Source of the DNA: Thermoanaerobaculia bacterium
GTDB lineage: Bacteria > Acidobacteriota > Thermoanaerobaculia > UBA5066
DNA length: 20,202 nucleotides
NCBI GenBank assembly: GCA_038245905.1
Contig: JBBRRY010000047.1
Location: forward strand, 1-20,202
Direction of reading: 5' to 3'
The notes under the pieces are model-generated. The model was not told where the DNA came from, searched no databases, and worked only from the letters and a program-made list of their open reading frames with translations. The translations under genes and the position numbers were made by a program. Shown here piece after piece: positions 1 through 8,973 of this stretch; position 1 is the stretch's first letter, and each line of letters begins with the position of its first letter.

Positions 1-54
1 CTCAGCGGCGTTCAATTCGAAGAACAGATCTCTGAAGTCGGGGTTCACGGGCAT
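1..54 (-). CDS. N-terminus of a probable nucleotidyltransferase (DUF6036/AbiEii-like), running off the left edge
   Basis: Not in the ORF track. ATG at 54 reads MPVNPDFRDLFFELNAAE with no stop before the window edge. It resembles the N-terminus of 541..987 (MDIERLLRSLNARSV) and overlaps the 3' end of the upstream small gene in the same way. Only 18 codons are visible. Confidence 0.6.
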   Translation of the reverse strand, partial: MPVNPDFRDLFFELNAAE

Positions 55-214
55 TCTGCACCCCCCGGATCGCGTCCGCTTCGCGAACCATTTCCCAGGC
101 CGCGGCGAAGCGGCCTTCCGCGCCCACCCGCCGCCAGAATTCGATGTCGAAAGACCCGTCGTCTCGCGCACCGTTGCGCAGAACACGTGCCATGCGAACC
201 CGTGGCTCGGCCAT
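2..214 (-). CDS. Small (70 aa) partner protein upstream of a nucleotidyltransferase; putative antitoxin/regulator
   Basis: MAEPRVRMARV...DIEFWRRVGAEGRFAAAWEMV...PRLQRSVLRIERR. ATG at 214 is preferred over 244 because TATGAT lies 6 nt upstream. Layout is analogous to 363..581. Confidence 0.7.
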   Translation of the reverse strand: MAEPRVRMARVLRNGARDDGSFDIEFWRRVGAEGRFAAAWEMVREADAIRGVQNAREPRLQRSVLRIERR

Positions 215-220
215 GCCCTC

Positions 221-226
221 ATCATA
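221..226 (-). promoter_or_regulatory. -10 element (TATGAT) for a probable leaderless transcript
   Basis: Minus strand TATGAT-GAGGGC-ATG(214); 5/6 match to TATAAT. GAGGG directly abuts the start, too close for a normal SD spacing. Confidence 0.5.
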
Positions 227-347
227 TGCGAGCACAGCCCTCATCGGACCGGCATTACGCGAACGGATTGCGGACGCGTATCGATCCGAATGCCTGGCCG
301 GCGTTGACGTCTTGCGACCAGATGTTGCTCTGCGAGGGTCTGCTCGC

Positions 348-356
348 TGCTATTCT
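348..356 (+). promoter_or_regulatory. Extended -10 element (TGcTATTCT) for a probable leaderless transcript
   Basis: TGC-TATTCT-TCGAAC-GTG(363); no SD sequence. Confidence 0.5.
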
Positions 357-362
357 TCGAAC

Positions 363-581
363 GTGGACAGAGCGCCCCAGACCCGGTCCGAGACGCGGAT
401 TCTCAAAGTGCCGCCGGGCGCCGCGACCGAGGAGCAGGAGCTGAACTTCGAGCTGGACTTCCTGATGGGCCTGACGACCGAGCAGCGTTTCGAGCTCATG
501 TTCGAGCGGTCCCGCCAGATGGCGGAGGCATTGGAAGCGCATGGACATCGAGCGCCTGCTTCGATCCTTAAACGCACGTAG
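363..581 (+). CDS. Small (72 aa) partner protein upstream of a nucleotidyltransferase; putative antitoxin/regulator
   Basis: 3' half of ORF 144..581 from GTG 363: ...EEQELNFELDFLMGLTTEQRFELMFERSRQM...ASILKRT. Overlaps the next gene by 41 nt. Confidence 0.7.
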   Translation: MDRAPQTRSETRILKVPPGAATEEQELNFELDFLMGLTTEQRFELMFERSRQMAEALEAHGHRAPASILKRT

Positions 582-987
582 CGTCCGCTACGTGGTGATT
601 GGCGCGACCGCCTTTCCGGTGCATGGATACGCCCGGGCGACGCTCGACGTGGACCTCTTCATCGAGCCCGAGCTCGGGAATGCCGAGCGCGTCCGCGCCG
701 CGCTCGCCGAGTTCGGCTACGACGTGACGGACGTGACGGTCGACGACCTGCTTTCGAAGAAGCTCCTCATCCGCCAGTACCGTCTCCAGACGGACGTCCA
801 CCCGTTCGTCAAGGGAGTCACGTTCGACGGGGTGTGGGCAAACCGCGTGACGGGCCGGATCGGTGAGACACCCACCGCCTTCGCGTCGCTCGACGACCTC
901 ATCGCCATGAAGGAGGCGGCGGGGCGTCCCAAGGACCTCGAGGATCTGCGGGTGCTTAGGGAACTGAGAGCGCGCGGAACCCGCTGA
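541..987 (+). CDS. Nucleotidyltransferase (Pol-beta superfamily, DUF6036/AbiEii-like)
   Basis: Motif YVVIGATAFPVHGYARATLDVDL (hG..A...G..R.T.DxD) and C-terminal LIAMKEAAGRPKDLEDL. Confidence 0.85.
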   Translation: MDIERLLRSLNARSVRYVVIGATAFPVHGYARATLDVDLFIEPELGNAERVRAALAEFGYDVTDVTVDDLLSKKLLIRQYRLQTDVHPFVKGVTFDGVWANRVTGRIGETPTAFASLDDLIAMKEAAGRPKDLEDLRVLRELRARGTR

Positions 988-990
988 GCC

Positions 991-1392
991 TCAGTCTTCG
1001 ACGAGCGTGTGGCCCGACTGCGTCAGCGCGACGACGGCGCGCGCTGCCTGGGCGCGCTTCACGAGCAGGTAGTCCGTGTCGAACGTTCCGACGGCAAGGA
1101 GGCTGATCCCGGCCTCCGCGAGGGGTTTCGCCATCGCCGCAAGAATGCCGACCGTGTCGAGCGGGAACGGGCCGTGGACCTTGAGGAGGGCATAGCCGCC
1201 CTCGCCGCGGAAGCTCTCGGGCTGGGGCGCCGGGACGCGGGCCTCCTCGCACACGATCGAAAGCTCGTCGGCCGTCCGCGTGACGGACGTGAACCCGCCC
1301 GGGGCCGAAGCCCAGCCCGGCAGGGCGGTATCCGCCGCCATGCGGCAGACGGCATACGTGCCGGGAACGACGGAGAATTTCTGGTGCGACAT
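991..1392 (-). CDS. ACT-domain protein (CASTOR/ACT_7-like amino-acid-binding protein)
   Basis: Motifs SVTRTADELSIVC and GPFPLDTVGILAAMAKPLAEAGISLLAVGTFDTDYLLVK. Confidence 0.88.
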   Translation of the reverse strand: MSHQKFSVVPGTYAVCRMAADTALPGWASAPGGFTSVTRTADELSIVCEEARVPAPQPESFRGEGGYALLKVHGPFPLDTVGILAAMAKPLAEAGISLLAVGTFDTDYLLVKRAQAARAVVALTQSGHTLVED

Positions 1393-1440
1393 CGCGGCGG
1401 AATGATAGCTGGCGCGAGGGAGCGGGTCAGGCGGGATCGA

Positions 1441-2145
1441 TCAGGTGCGGTCGGGAGGCGCGGCGGCCGGTTGCTCGGCGCCCCGGTTCGACTGCAGGTT
1501 GTGCTTGATGACCTCGCCCTCGGCGATGTAGATCGCTTCCTCGCCGATGTTCGTCGCGAGGTCGCCCACGCGCTCGAGGTTCTTCGAGATGCTCATGATC
1601 TCGATCGACGCGCTGATGAGCGCCGGATTCTCGGCCATGTACGTCAGGAGCTCGCGGATGATCGACTTGTTTTTCTCGTCGAGGATGTCGTCGCGCTTGC
1701 AGACCGCGAGCGCGAGCGCGCTGTCCTTTCTCACGAACGCGTCGAGGGCTTCCTGGAGCATGCCGCGCGCGATCTCGGCCATGTAGGGGACATCGATCCA
1801 AGGCTTGAACGGCCGGAACCGCGACATGCGTTCGGCGGCCTCGGCGATGTTCACGGCGTGATCCCCGATCCGCTCGAGGTCGGCGTTGATCTTGAGCGAC
1901 GAGACGAGGAGGCGGAGGTCGCCCGCGACGGGCTGCTGCGTGGCGAGGAGCTCGATCGCATCCTCGTCGTTCTTGATCTCCATCCGGTCGATCACCTTGT
2001 CGTACTCGATCACCTTGCGCGCTTTCGCCGCGTCGCCCTCCACGAGGGCCTCGACGGCGAGGCGGATCTGGTTCTCGACTTCCGCGCCCATGCCGATGAG
2101 CTGGCGGCGGAGGCTCTCGAGCTTCTCGGAAAAGTGTTCCTTCAT
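1441..2145 (-). CDS. phoU: Phosphate signalling complex protein PhoU
   Basis: Two PhoU repeats: QQPVAGDLR...DLERIGDHAVNIAE and DDILD...NLERVGDLATNIGE; last gene of the pst/pho operon; 4-nt overlap with phoR. Confidence 0.97.
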   Translation of the reverse strand: MKEHFSEKLESLRRQLIGMGAEVENQIRLAVEALVEGDAAKARKVIEYDKVIDRMEIKNDEDAIELLATQQPVAGDLRLLVSSLKINADLERIGDHAVNIAEAAERMSRFRPFKPWIDVPYMAEIARGMLQEALDAFVRKDSALALAVCKRDDILDEKNKSIIRELLTYMAENPALISASIEIMSISKNLERVGDLATNIGEEAIYIAEGEVIKHNLQSNRGAEQPAAAPPDRT

Positions 2146-3983
2146 GGTTTCTCCTTGGTGCGCTCGACGGCGGCGGCGTGCGGAGCCGCCGCGGGGAGCG
2201 TGACGGTGAAGCGGCTGCCCTTGCCGGGCTCCGAGTCCACGCGGATCGCGCCGCCGTGGAGGATGAGAAGGTGTTTGACGATCGCGAGGCCGAGGCCGGT
2301 GCCCGGGACCGACTTCGCGCGCGAGGGATCGACTCGATAGAAGCGCTGGAAAATGCGGTCCTGCTCCGTGCGCGGAATGCCGATGCCGCGATCCACGACG
2401 TGAATGACGAGGGGGGAAACCTGTTCGCCGCCGCCCCGAGATGCGTCCAGAGCTCCGCCCTCGGCGAGGACGTCCACCCTCTGGCGGGGCGGCGAGAATT
2501 TCACCGCGTTGTCCACGAGGTTTCGGAAGACCTGCGAGATGCGTCGGCGGTCCCCAAGGAGCTCGAGATGCTCGTCCGCTTCGACGGCGACGGTCACGCC
2601 CCGCGCCTCTGCGGCGGGAGCGAGGTCGCGCACGACCGACACGAGGAGCGGTTTCAACGGGATCGACTCGAGTGCGAGGGTCACGGCGCCGGACTCGATC
2701 TGGGAGAGATCCGTCAGATCCGAGACGAGCGCCTCCATCTCGGACGACTGCCGTTCGAGGATGCTCATGAGACGCGCGAGGTCCTGCGGCAGCTCGTCTT
2801 CGCCCGCGAGCGTCTCGACGGCGGCGCGGATCGCCGCGATCGGCGTCCGGAGCTCGTGGGACACGTCGGAGACGAAGCGGCGCCGCATCGTCTCCGTTCG
2901 CTCGCGCTCCGTGACGTCGCGGACGACTCCCACGGCGGCCGGCTCGCCCGCGGCCGGGCCGTGCGGCACGGCGCGCACGTTCACCTCGAGGACCTGCTCG
3001 GGCGTGATCTCGCCGCCGAGACGCAGCACGACGGTCTCGTCGGCGAGGGCCTCGCCGCGGATCCCGGCCTCGAAGAGCCGGAGCGCCTGCGAATCGCGAA
3101 CGAGGTCCACGAGCGCATGCCGCGGGGCGCCGAGGGGCGCATGGAGAAGAGTGAGGGCGGCGGGGTTTGCGTCGAGGAGCGCGAGCGTCCGGTCCACGAC
3201 GACGAGGCCGACGGGGACCTGCTCGAAAACGGCCCGGGCCAGAAGGCGCGCTTTCGCGCTGCCTACGCGCTCCGCCGAGACGAGCTCCGCGAAGCGGGCG
3301 AGCGCCTGGAAGACCTCTTCAGTTTCCTCGGACGAGCCGGGCGGGGGGATCGGCCGCCGGCCCTCTGCGGCCTCGGCGACGGCGGCCACGACGCGCGCGA
3401 GCGCGTTCGCGTGGCGTTGGCGGATGGCGATGACGAGAAACGCGACCATGAGGCCGGCGACGAGCGAGACCTGGTAGAGCGTGCGCCGGAAGGGCGCTTC
3501 GAGGAGGTCGAGCTCGTTCTGGCTGATCGCGAGGCGGACATAACCGAGGGGGCTCGCGCCGGGGCCGACTCGCCGTGCCACGTAGACGAACGGCTCGAGG
3601 ACGGTGGCCGAGCGCCGCTCGCCGAATCCGATCCCGTCGCGCCGGGCCGCCTCGACTTCGGGGCGCGAGGAGTGGTTCTCGACCGCACCGAGGTTCTCGG
3701 GCGCGACCTCGCTGTCGCCGAGGACGACGCCGTCGGCCGCGATGACGGTCAGCCGGGCTCCGGCCTGGCGGGCGGCGAGCCGGATCCGCTCGCCGGGGCG
3801 GGCCTTCGACCTCAGGTCCTCCTCGAATTCCGGGGCCAGGCGCTCGAGCTTCTCGACGAGAGTCTGGCGGCTTCTCTCGTGAATCGCCGAATCGAGCACC
3901 CGTCCGAGGAAGAACGCGAAGAGGCCGCCGAGGACGACCCCGAGGACGACCGGCACGAGCGAGCGGCGCACGATGCGGCTCAT
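2142..3983 (-). CDS. phoR: Phosphate regulon sensor histidine kinase PhoR
   Basis: Two TM segments around an extracytoplasmic domain (ENHSSRPEV), PAS region, H-box FVSDVSHELRTP, N-box NLVDNAVKF, G boxes DRGIGI and GTGLGLAIVKH. Confidence 0.93.
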   Translation of the reverse strand: MSRIVRRSLVPVVLGVVLGGLFAFFLGRVLDSAIHERSRQTLVEKLERLAPEFEEDLRSKARPGERIRLAARQAGARLTVIAADGVVLGDSEVAPENLGAVENHSSRPEVEAARRDGIGFGERRSATVLEPFVYVARRVGPGASPLGYVRLAISQNELDLLEAPFRRTLYQVSLVAGLMVAFLVIAIRQRHANALARVVAAVAEAAEGRRPIPPPGSSEETEEVFQALARFAELVSAERVGSAKARLLARAVFEQVPVGLVVVDRTLALLDANPAALTLLHAPLGAPRHALVDLVRDSQALRLFEAGIRGEALADETVVLRLGGEITPEQVLEVNVRAVPHGPAAGEPAAVGVVRDVTERERTETMRRRFVSDVSHELRTPIAAIRAAVETLAGEDELPQDLARLMSILERQSSEMEALVSDLTDLSQIESGAVTLALESIPLKPLLVSVVRDLAPAAEARGVTVAVEADEHLELLGDRRRISQVFRNLVDNAVKFSPPRQRVDVLAEGGALDASRGGGEQVSPLVIHVVDRGIGIPRTEQDRIFQRFYRVDPSRAKSVPGTGLGLAIVKHLLILHGGAIRVDSEPGKGSRFTVTLPAAAPHAAAVERTKEKP

Positions 3984-4669
3984 CGGGCGAACTTGTATCC
4001 CACGCCGACGACCGTGTCGATCACGTGGTCGCCGATCTTCTTGCGGAGCGAACGGATGTGGACGTCCACGGTGCGCGTCTCGATGTCGGCCGCGTAGTCC
4101 CAGAGCCGCGAGAGGATCGTCTCGCGCGAGACGACGCGTCCGCCGCTCCGAATGAGCAGCCAGAGAAGGTCGAATTCCTTCTTCGTGAGGTGGACGAGGA
4201 CGCTTTCGCTCTCCACCGTGTGCCGCGCGCGGTCGATGCGCAGGTGGCCGTCGTCGTAGACGTCGTCGGGAGACTGCGGCAGGGCGCTGCGGCGGATCTG
4301 CGCCGCGATGCGGGCCATCAGCTCCTTCATCGAGAACGGCTTCGTCACGTAGTCGTCCGCCCCCAGCTCGAAGCCGAGCAGCTTGTCACGCTCTTCCACG
4401 CGAGCCGTCAGCATGAGGATCGGGACGCGGCGCGTCTCCTCGTGCTTTTTCAGTTCGCGGCAGATCGTGAGCCCGTCCACGTCGGGAAGGTTGAGATCGA
4501 GGACGACGAGGTCGGGGGGCCTCGCGAGGAGCGCGTCGAGGGCGACAAGCCCGCCGGCGAACCGCTCGACTTCGTAACGCCCGTCCTTCTTGAGGTTGTA
4601 GGTCAGCGTGAAGGCGAGATCCTCGTCATCCTCGACCACGACGATGCGCTGACGCACGGCGCCCGTCAT
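3980..4669 (-). CDS. phoB: OmpR/PhoB-family response regulator PhoB/PhoP (229 aa)
   Basis: Probable start [15 protein letters not shown] at 4669 (TGATG overlap with the pstB stop), not 5407. Receiver motifs DLVVLDLNLP and GADDYVTKPF; winged-helix motif TRTVDVHIRSLRKK...GVGYKF. Confidence 0.93.
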   Translation of the reverse strand: MTGAVRQRIVVVEDDEDLAFTLTYNLKKDGRYEVERFAGGLVALDALLARPPDLVVLDLNLPDVDGLTICRELKKHEETRRVPILMLTARVEERDKLLGFELGADDYVTKPFSMKELMARIAAQIRRSALPQSPDDVYDDGHLRIDRARHTVESESVLVHLTKKEFDLLWLLIRSGGRVVSRETILSRLWDYAADIETRTVDVHIRSLRKKIGDHVIDTVVGVGYKFAR

Positions 4670-5511
4670 CAACCGAACCTTCCGGTGATGTAGTCCTCGG
4701 TGGTTTTCTGGCGCGGTTTCGTGAAGATCATCTCGGTCTTGTCGAATTCGATGAGCCTGCCGAGCATGAAAAAGCCGGTCTCGTCCGAGACGCGCGCGGC
4801 CTGCTGCATGTTGTGCGTCACGATCACGATCGTGAAGCGCTCTTTCAGCTCGAAAATGAGCTCCTCGACCTTGCTCGTCGCGATCGGATCGAGAGCCGAG
4901 CACGGCTCGTCCATCAGCAGGATCTCGGGCTCGACCGCGATGGCGCGCGCGATGCAGACGCGCTGCATCTGGCCGCCCGAGAGACCGAGAGCCGAATCCT
5001 GGAGGCGGTCTTTCACTTCGTCCCAGAGAGCGGCACTCCGGAGGGATTTCTCGCAGGCCTCGTCGAGGACACTCTTGCTCTTGATGCCCTGGATGCGGAG
5101 GCCGTACACGACGTTCTCGTAGATCGTCTTCGGGAAGGGATTCGACTTCTGAAAAACCATCCCGAAACGCTTGCGGATCTGCGTCACGTCCACGCCGCGC
5201 TCGTTGATCGACTCGCCGTGGATCAGGATCGTACCGTCGATCCTCACGCCGTCGATGAGGTCGTTCATCCGGTTGAGGCAGCGGAGCAGCGTCGACTTGC
5301 CGCAGCCGGACGGCCCGATGAATGCCGTGACGGCGTTCTTCTTGCACGAGAGCGTGATGTCGAAGAGCGCCTGTTTTGGACCGTAATAGAGACTGACGGC
5401 CTTGCACTCGATGAGGTCGAGACTCGGTTGACCCGGGTGAGCTGCCGCGCGCGCCACAACGGGCGCCTGCGTCTCGATGCCGGTCCGGCCTTCCGTCATG
5501 GTCGTGTCCAT
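4669..5511 (-). CDS. pstB: Phosphate ABC transporter ATP-binding protein PstB
   Basis: Walker [27 protein letters not shown], signature LSGGQMQR, Walker [14 protein letters not shown]-terminus [10 protein letters not shown]. Confidence 0.98.
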   Translation of the reverse strand: MDTTMTEGRTGIETQAPVVARAAAHPGQPSLDLIECKAVSLYYGPKQALFDITLSCKKNAVTAFIGPSGCGKSTLLRCLNRMNDLIDGVRIDGTILIHGESINERGVDVTQIRKRFGMVFQKSNPFPKTIYENVVYGLRIQGIKSKSVLDEACEKSLRSAALWDEVKDRLQDSALGLSGGQMQRVCIARAIAVEPEILLMDEPCSALDPIATSKVEELIFELKERFTIVIVTHNMQQAARVSDETGFFMLGRLIEFDKTEMIFTKPRQKTTEDYITGRFG

Positions 5512-5536
5512 TGTCTCTTTTCCCTCATGTGTCCGG

Positions 5537-7183
5537 TCAGAACGTCGAGGTCTTCAGCTTCTTGCGAAGAACGTTGCGGATGACGATCGCGGACAGGTTC
5601 AGGGCGACGACGATCACGAGAAGCAAAATCGTCGTCGTGTAGACCATCGGAATGGCCGCCTCGACGTTCGGGCTCTGGAAGCCCACGTCGTAGAGATGGA
5701 ATCCGAGATGCATGATCTTTCGCTCGAGGTGCAGGAACGGAAAAATTCCGTCGACCGGCAGCGTCGGCGCGAGCTTCACGACGCCCACGATCATGAGCGG
5801 CGCGACTTCGCCCGTGCCGCGGGCCATCGCGAGGATGAGCCCCGTGAGGATGCCGGGGGCGGCAGCAGGCAGGACGACGCGCCATGTCGTCTGCCACTTC
5901 GTGGCTCCGAGGGCCAGGGACGCGTGCCGCATGCCCGCAGGAACGGCCGCCAGCGCTTCCTCGGTCGCCACGACGACGACGGGCACCGTGAGGATCGCGA
6001 GCGTCAGCGCGCACCAGATGATGCCGCCCGTGCCGAACGTGGGCGTCGGAAGGGCTTCGGGAAAGAAGATCTGATCGAGGTGCGCTCCAATTCCGTACAC
6101 GAAGAATCCGAGCCCGAAGATGCCGAAGACGATCGACGGAACGCCGGCGAGATTATTCATGGCGATTCGCACGAGGCCGACGAGACGGCCCTGCTTCGCA
6201 TACTCGCGAAGGTAGAGCGCCGCGACGACGCCGAACGGCACCGCCACGATGCTCATCAGGACGACCATGAGGATCGTTCCAAAAATGGCAGGGAAGACGC
6301 CGCCTTCGGTGTTCGACTCCCGCGGTTCGTCGAGCACGAATTCGCGGATCCGCGACAGATAGACGCCGATCTTCTGCACGGCCGATGCCGCGTTCGGCTG
6401 GACGATGCGCACGATGTCCTGGACGCGCACGGCCTTGCTCTTACCTTCGGCGTCGACGAGCGTGGCGCTCACCGCGGCGTTCTCCTTGCGGCGGACCTCG
6501 AGGCGCTCGCGGATCTCCTCGTACCGGCGCTTGAGCTCGGACTGGTGTGCCTCGCTGCTCACACGGCGCCGTTCGAGATCGGGGTCCTTCTTTAGCTCGG
6601 CGCGGCGCAGCGCAAGCCGATTCCCCTCGAGGGCGGAGTTGATCGCCCCGACTTCGCTCTTTTCGGTCTCGCGCAGGCCCTCGAACGCGGGACGGAGCTT
6701 CTTCTGCAGATCCCTAAGCCGCGCGAGCCCCGCCGCGTCGGCCCCGCCGAGGACCTCGTCGCCGCGCCTGATCTCTTTCAGGAAGCCATGGAAATTCCCG
6801 TATTCCTGGCGCTCGACGAGGAGCGCGTTCTGGGGCGCCTCCGTCCGGACGATGTCCTTCTCCTCGATCCAGCGAAAGTCGAGCCCGTTGAGGTCGCGGT
6901 TCGCGATCTTCACGCGGACGCGCATCGGCGCATCTTTGTCGCTGTCTTTCGCGTCGGGCATCGGCTCCCGCGAAAGGATCTCGCCGAGCACTCTCCTGCC
7001 GTCCTTCGTCTCGATCTGGACGAGCGCGTGCGCCCAGAAGAAGCCGAGCCCCCTCACCGCGACGAGCGCGAGCAGCCCGAAGATGAGGAGCAGCGAGATC
7101 GACAGGCCCGCTCCCGCGAGCCAGATCATCGGTTCGCCCTTGCGAAAGAGGAACTCGGAGAGCATCGCGCGTGCTCGAGACAT
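5537..7183 (-). CDS. pstA: Phosphate ABC transporter permease PstA, long form with a soluble/coiled-coil insert (548 aa)
   Basis: Probable start [11 protein letters not shown] at 7183 (TGATG overlap with the pstC stop), not 7918. Motifs [49 protein letters not shown]. Confidence 0.95.
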   Translation of the reverse strand: MSRARAMLSEFLFRKGEPMIWLAGAGLSISLLLIFGLLALVAVRGLGFFWAHALVQIETKDGRRVLGEILSREPMPDAKDSDKDAPMRVRVKIANRDLNGLDFRWIEEKDIVRTEAPQNALLVERQEYGNFHGFLKEIRRGDEVLGGADAAGLARLRDLQKKLRPAFEGLRETEKSEVGAINSALEGNRLALRRAELKKDPDLERRRVSSEAHQSELKRRYEEIRERLEVRRKENAAVSATLVDAEGKSKAVRVQDIVRIVQPNAASAVQKIGVYLSRIREFVLDEPRESNTEGGVFPAIFGTILMVVLMSIVAVPFGVVAALYLREYAKQGRLVGLVRIAMNNLAGVPSIVFGIFGLGFFVYGIGAHLDQIFFPEALPTPTFGTGGIIWCALTLAILTVPVVVVATEEALAAVPAGMRHASLALGATKWQTTWRVVLPAAAPGILTGLILAMARGTGEVAPLMIVGVVKLAPTLPVDGIFPFLHLERKIMHLGFHLYDVGFQSPNVEAAIPMVYTTTILLLVIVVALNLSAIVIRNVLRKKLKTSTF

Positions 7184-8952
7184 CAGATGACCGTGTATTT
7201 CCGGCGGAGGCGCTGGCGGAGAGCCTCGGCGAGAGTGTTGACGACGAAAGTGATGACGAACAGGAGGAGCGCAGCCAGGAAAAGCACGCGATAAAGGGTT
7301 CCCCCTTGCGGTGCCTCGGGGATTTCGACGGCGATGTTGGCCGCGAGGGTGCGCATGCCGTTGAAGATGTTCCAGTCGAGGATGGGCGTGTTGCCCGTCG
7401 CCATCAGGACGATCATCGTCTCGCCCACGGCTCGCCCGAAGCCGACCATGAGCGCCGAGAAGATGCCCGCGGAGGCCGTGGGCAAGATCACGCGGATGGC
7501 CGTCTGCCACGGCGACGCTCCGAGTGCGAGCGAGGCGGCTTTCAGGTGTTCGGGGACGCTCGAGAGGGCGTCCTCGGAAATCGTGAAAATGATCGGGATG
7601 ACGGCGAAGCCCATCGCGAACGCGATGACGAGGCTGTTGCGGGCGTCGTACTTCAGGCCCGCCGACGTCAGGAGCCACGCCTTGAAATCGCCCGAAAAGA
7701 ACAGGCGCTCGAAGGGGGGCCCCGCGTACCAGGCGAAGAGCGCGCCCACGCACGCGAGCGGGAGGACGAGAAACAGCTCGTGGCCGGGGCGCACATGCTG
7801 GCGCGTCTCGAACGGCAGGAGCTGGAAAAGGAATACGCCGGCGAGGACGAAGAGCGGGATGGACGGCACGAGGAGCAGCGTCGAAACCGTGGCTTTCTGA
7901 ATGAGGGGCGCGAGCCACAGGCCTGCAAGGAAGCCGAGGACGACGGACGGGAGCGCGGCCATGATCTCGACGACGGGCTTCACGATGCGCTTCACCTTCG
8001 GGGTCGCGAAGACCGATGTGTAGAGTGCGGCGGCAAGGCCGATTGGAACCGCGAAGAGCATCGCGTAGAACGTGCCCTTGAGCGTTCCGAAGATGAGGGG
8101 GACGAGCGAGAGCTTCGACTCGAAGTCGTCCGTTCCGCCGCTCGACTGCCAGACATATTCCGGCGCGTCGTAGCCCTCGTACAGCTGCTTGCCGAACAGC
8201 GCCGCGAACGAGATCTCGGGATGCGGGGCGTCTAGCGTGAAATACCTCGGCCCGGCGGGCGTGGCGGCGATGAAGGCCTTGCCCTTCGGCCCGAACTCCA
8301 GCGCCGTCACCGGCGCTCCCGCGTGCGTCGACGTGAGCGAGCGTCCGTTTGTTCCGAAGCGCGCCCGGACGCCGCCCTCCGCGTCGCCGGTCAGAAATGT
8401 CTTGCCGCGAGGAGAGGCCGCGAAGGCCGTGACGGCAGCGGCGTTTCGCTCGTATTCGCGGACAACTCTCAGATGACGCTCTTCGCTATTGGGCGTCTGG
8501 CGCAGGAGCATGAGGCCGCTCACGCGCCCGCGCGCGTCGCCTGCGATGAGGGTCTCGCCGCCGACGAGCGTGCCGAGGACCGTCACCGCCGCGGGTGCTT
8601 CCGGGTGAAGACGCACCGTCTCGAGGTGCTTCGGCTGAGCGTTATCGGCGACGTCGAAGACGCGGATGTCGCCCGCGTCGTCGCCGACGCACAGGAGAGA
8701 GCGGGCTCCGAGCGTCACCCGCGGAACGCTGGACGCGAGAGCGGGCGAGGTGGGGTCGTCTTGCGAGGCAACCGGCGCTTCCGTGGCGGTGATGCGGGGC
8801 GTGACGAAGAGCGGAATCGCTTCCGAGACGATGAGAAGAAAAATGAGCACGAGGCTTCCGACCATGAGCAGCCCGCCGGCGGAGATCGTGAGGCTCGCGA
8901 GGCGATCGTTAGCCTTCGTCCAGAACCGCTGCGAGGAGGTGGGCTGCGTCAT
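7183..8952 (-). CDS. pstC: Phosphate ABC transporter permease PstC, long form with a WD40-like extracytoplasmic region
   Basis: YEGYDAPEYVWQSSGGTDDFESKLSLVPLIFGTLKGT, EIMAALPSVVLG, SLALGASPWQT, GRAVGETMIVLMATGN; blade-like repeats in the N-terminal part. Confidence 0.95.
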   Translation of the reverse strand: MTQPTSSQRFWTKANDRLASLTISAGGLLMVGSLVLIFLLIVSEAIPLFVTPRITATEAPVASQDDPTSPALASSVPRVTLGARSLLCVGDDAGDIRVFDVADNAQPKHLETVRLHPEAPAAVTVLGTLVGGETLIAGDARGRVSGLMLLRQTPNSEERHLRVVREYERNAAAVTAFAASPRGKTFLTGDAEGGVRARFGTNGRSLTSTHAGAPVTALEFGPKGKAFIAATPAGPRYFTLDAPHPEISFAALFGKQLYEGYDAPEYVWQSSGGTDDFESKLSLVPLIFGTLKGTFYAMLFAVPIGLAAALYTSVFATPKVKRIVKPVVEIMAALPSVVLGFLAGLWLAPLIQKATVSTLLLVPSIPLFVLAGVFLFQLLPFETRQHVRPGHELFLVLPLACVGALFAWYAGPPFERLFFSGDFKAWLLTSAGLKYDARNSLVIAFAMGFAVIPIIFTISEDALSSVPEHLKAASLALGASPWQTAIRVILPTASAGIFSALMVGFGRAVGETMIVLMATGNTPILDWNIFNGMRTLAANIAVEIPEAPQGGTLYRVLFLAALLLFVITFVVNTLAEALRQRLRRKYTVI

Positions 8953-8973
8953 GATCGGCCGCTCGAGAGGTTC

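Noticed and set aside
144-362. N-terminal half of ORF 144..581
   Set aside because: It overlaps the divergent small gene and the promoter region; GTG 363 with an extended -10 fits better.
3980-5407. 475-aa ORF suggesting an N-terminally extended PhoB
   Set aside because: The extension overlaps pstB in another frame and is Arg-rich noise; the coupled ATG at 4669 gives a normal PhoB.
5537-7918. 793-aa ORF suggesting a giant PstA
   Set aside because: The first 245 codons overlap pstC out of frame; the TGATG junction at 7183 marks the likely start.
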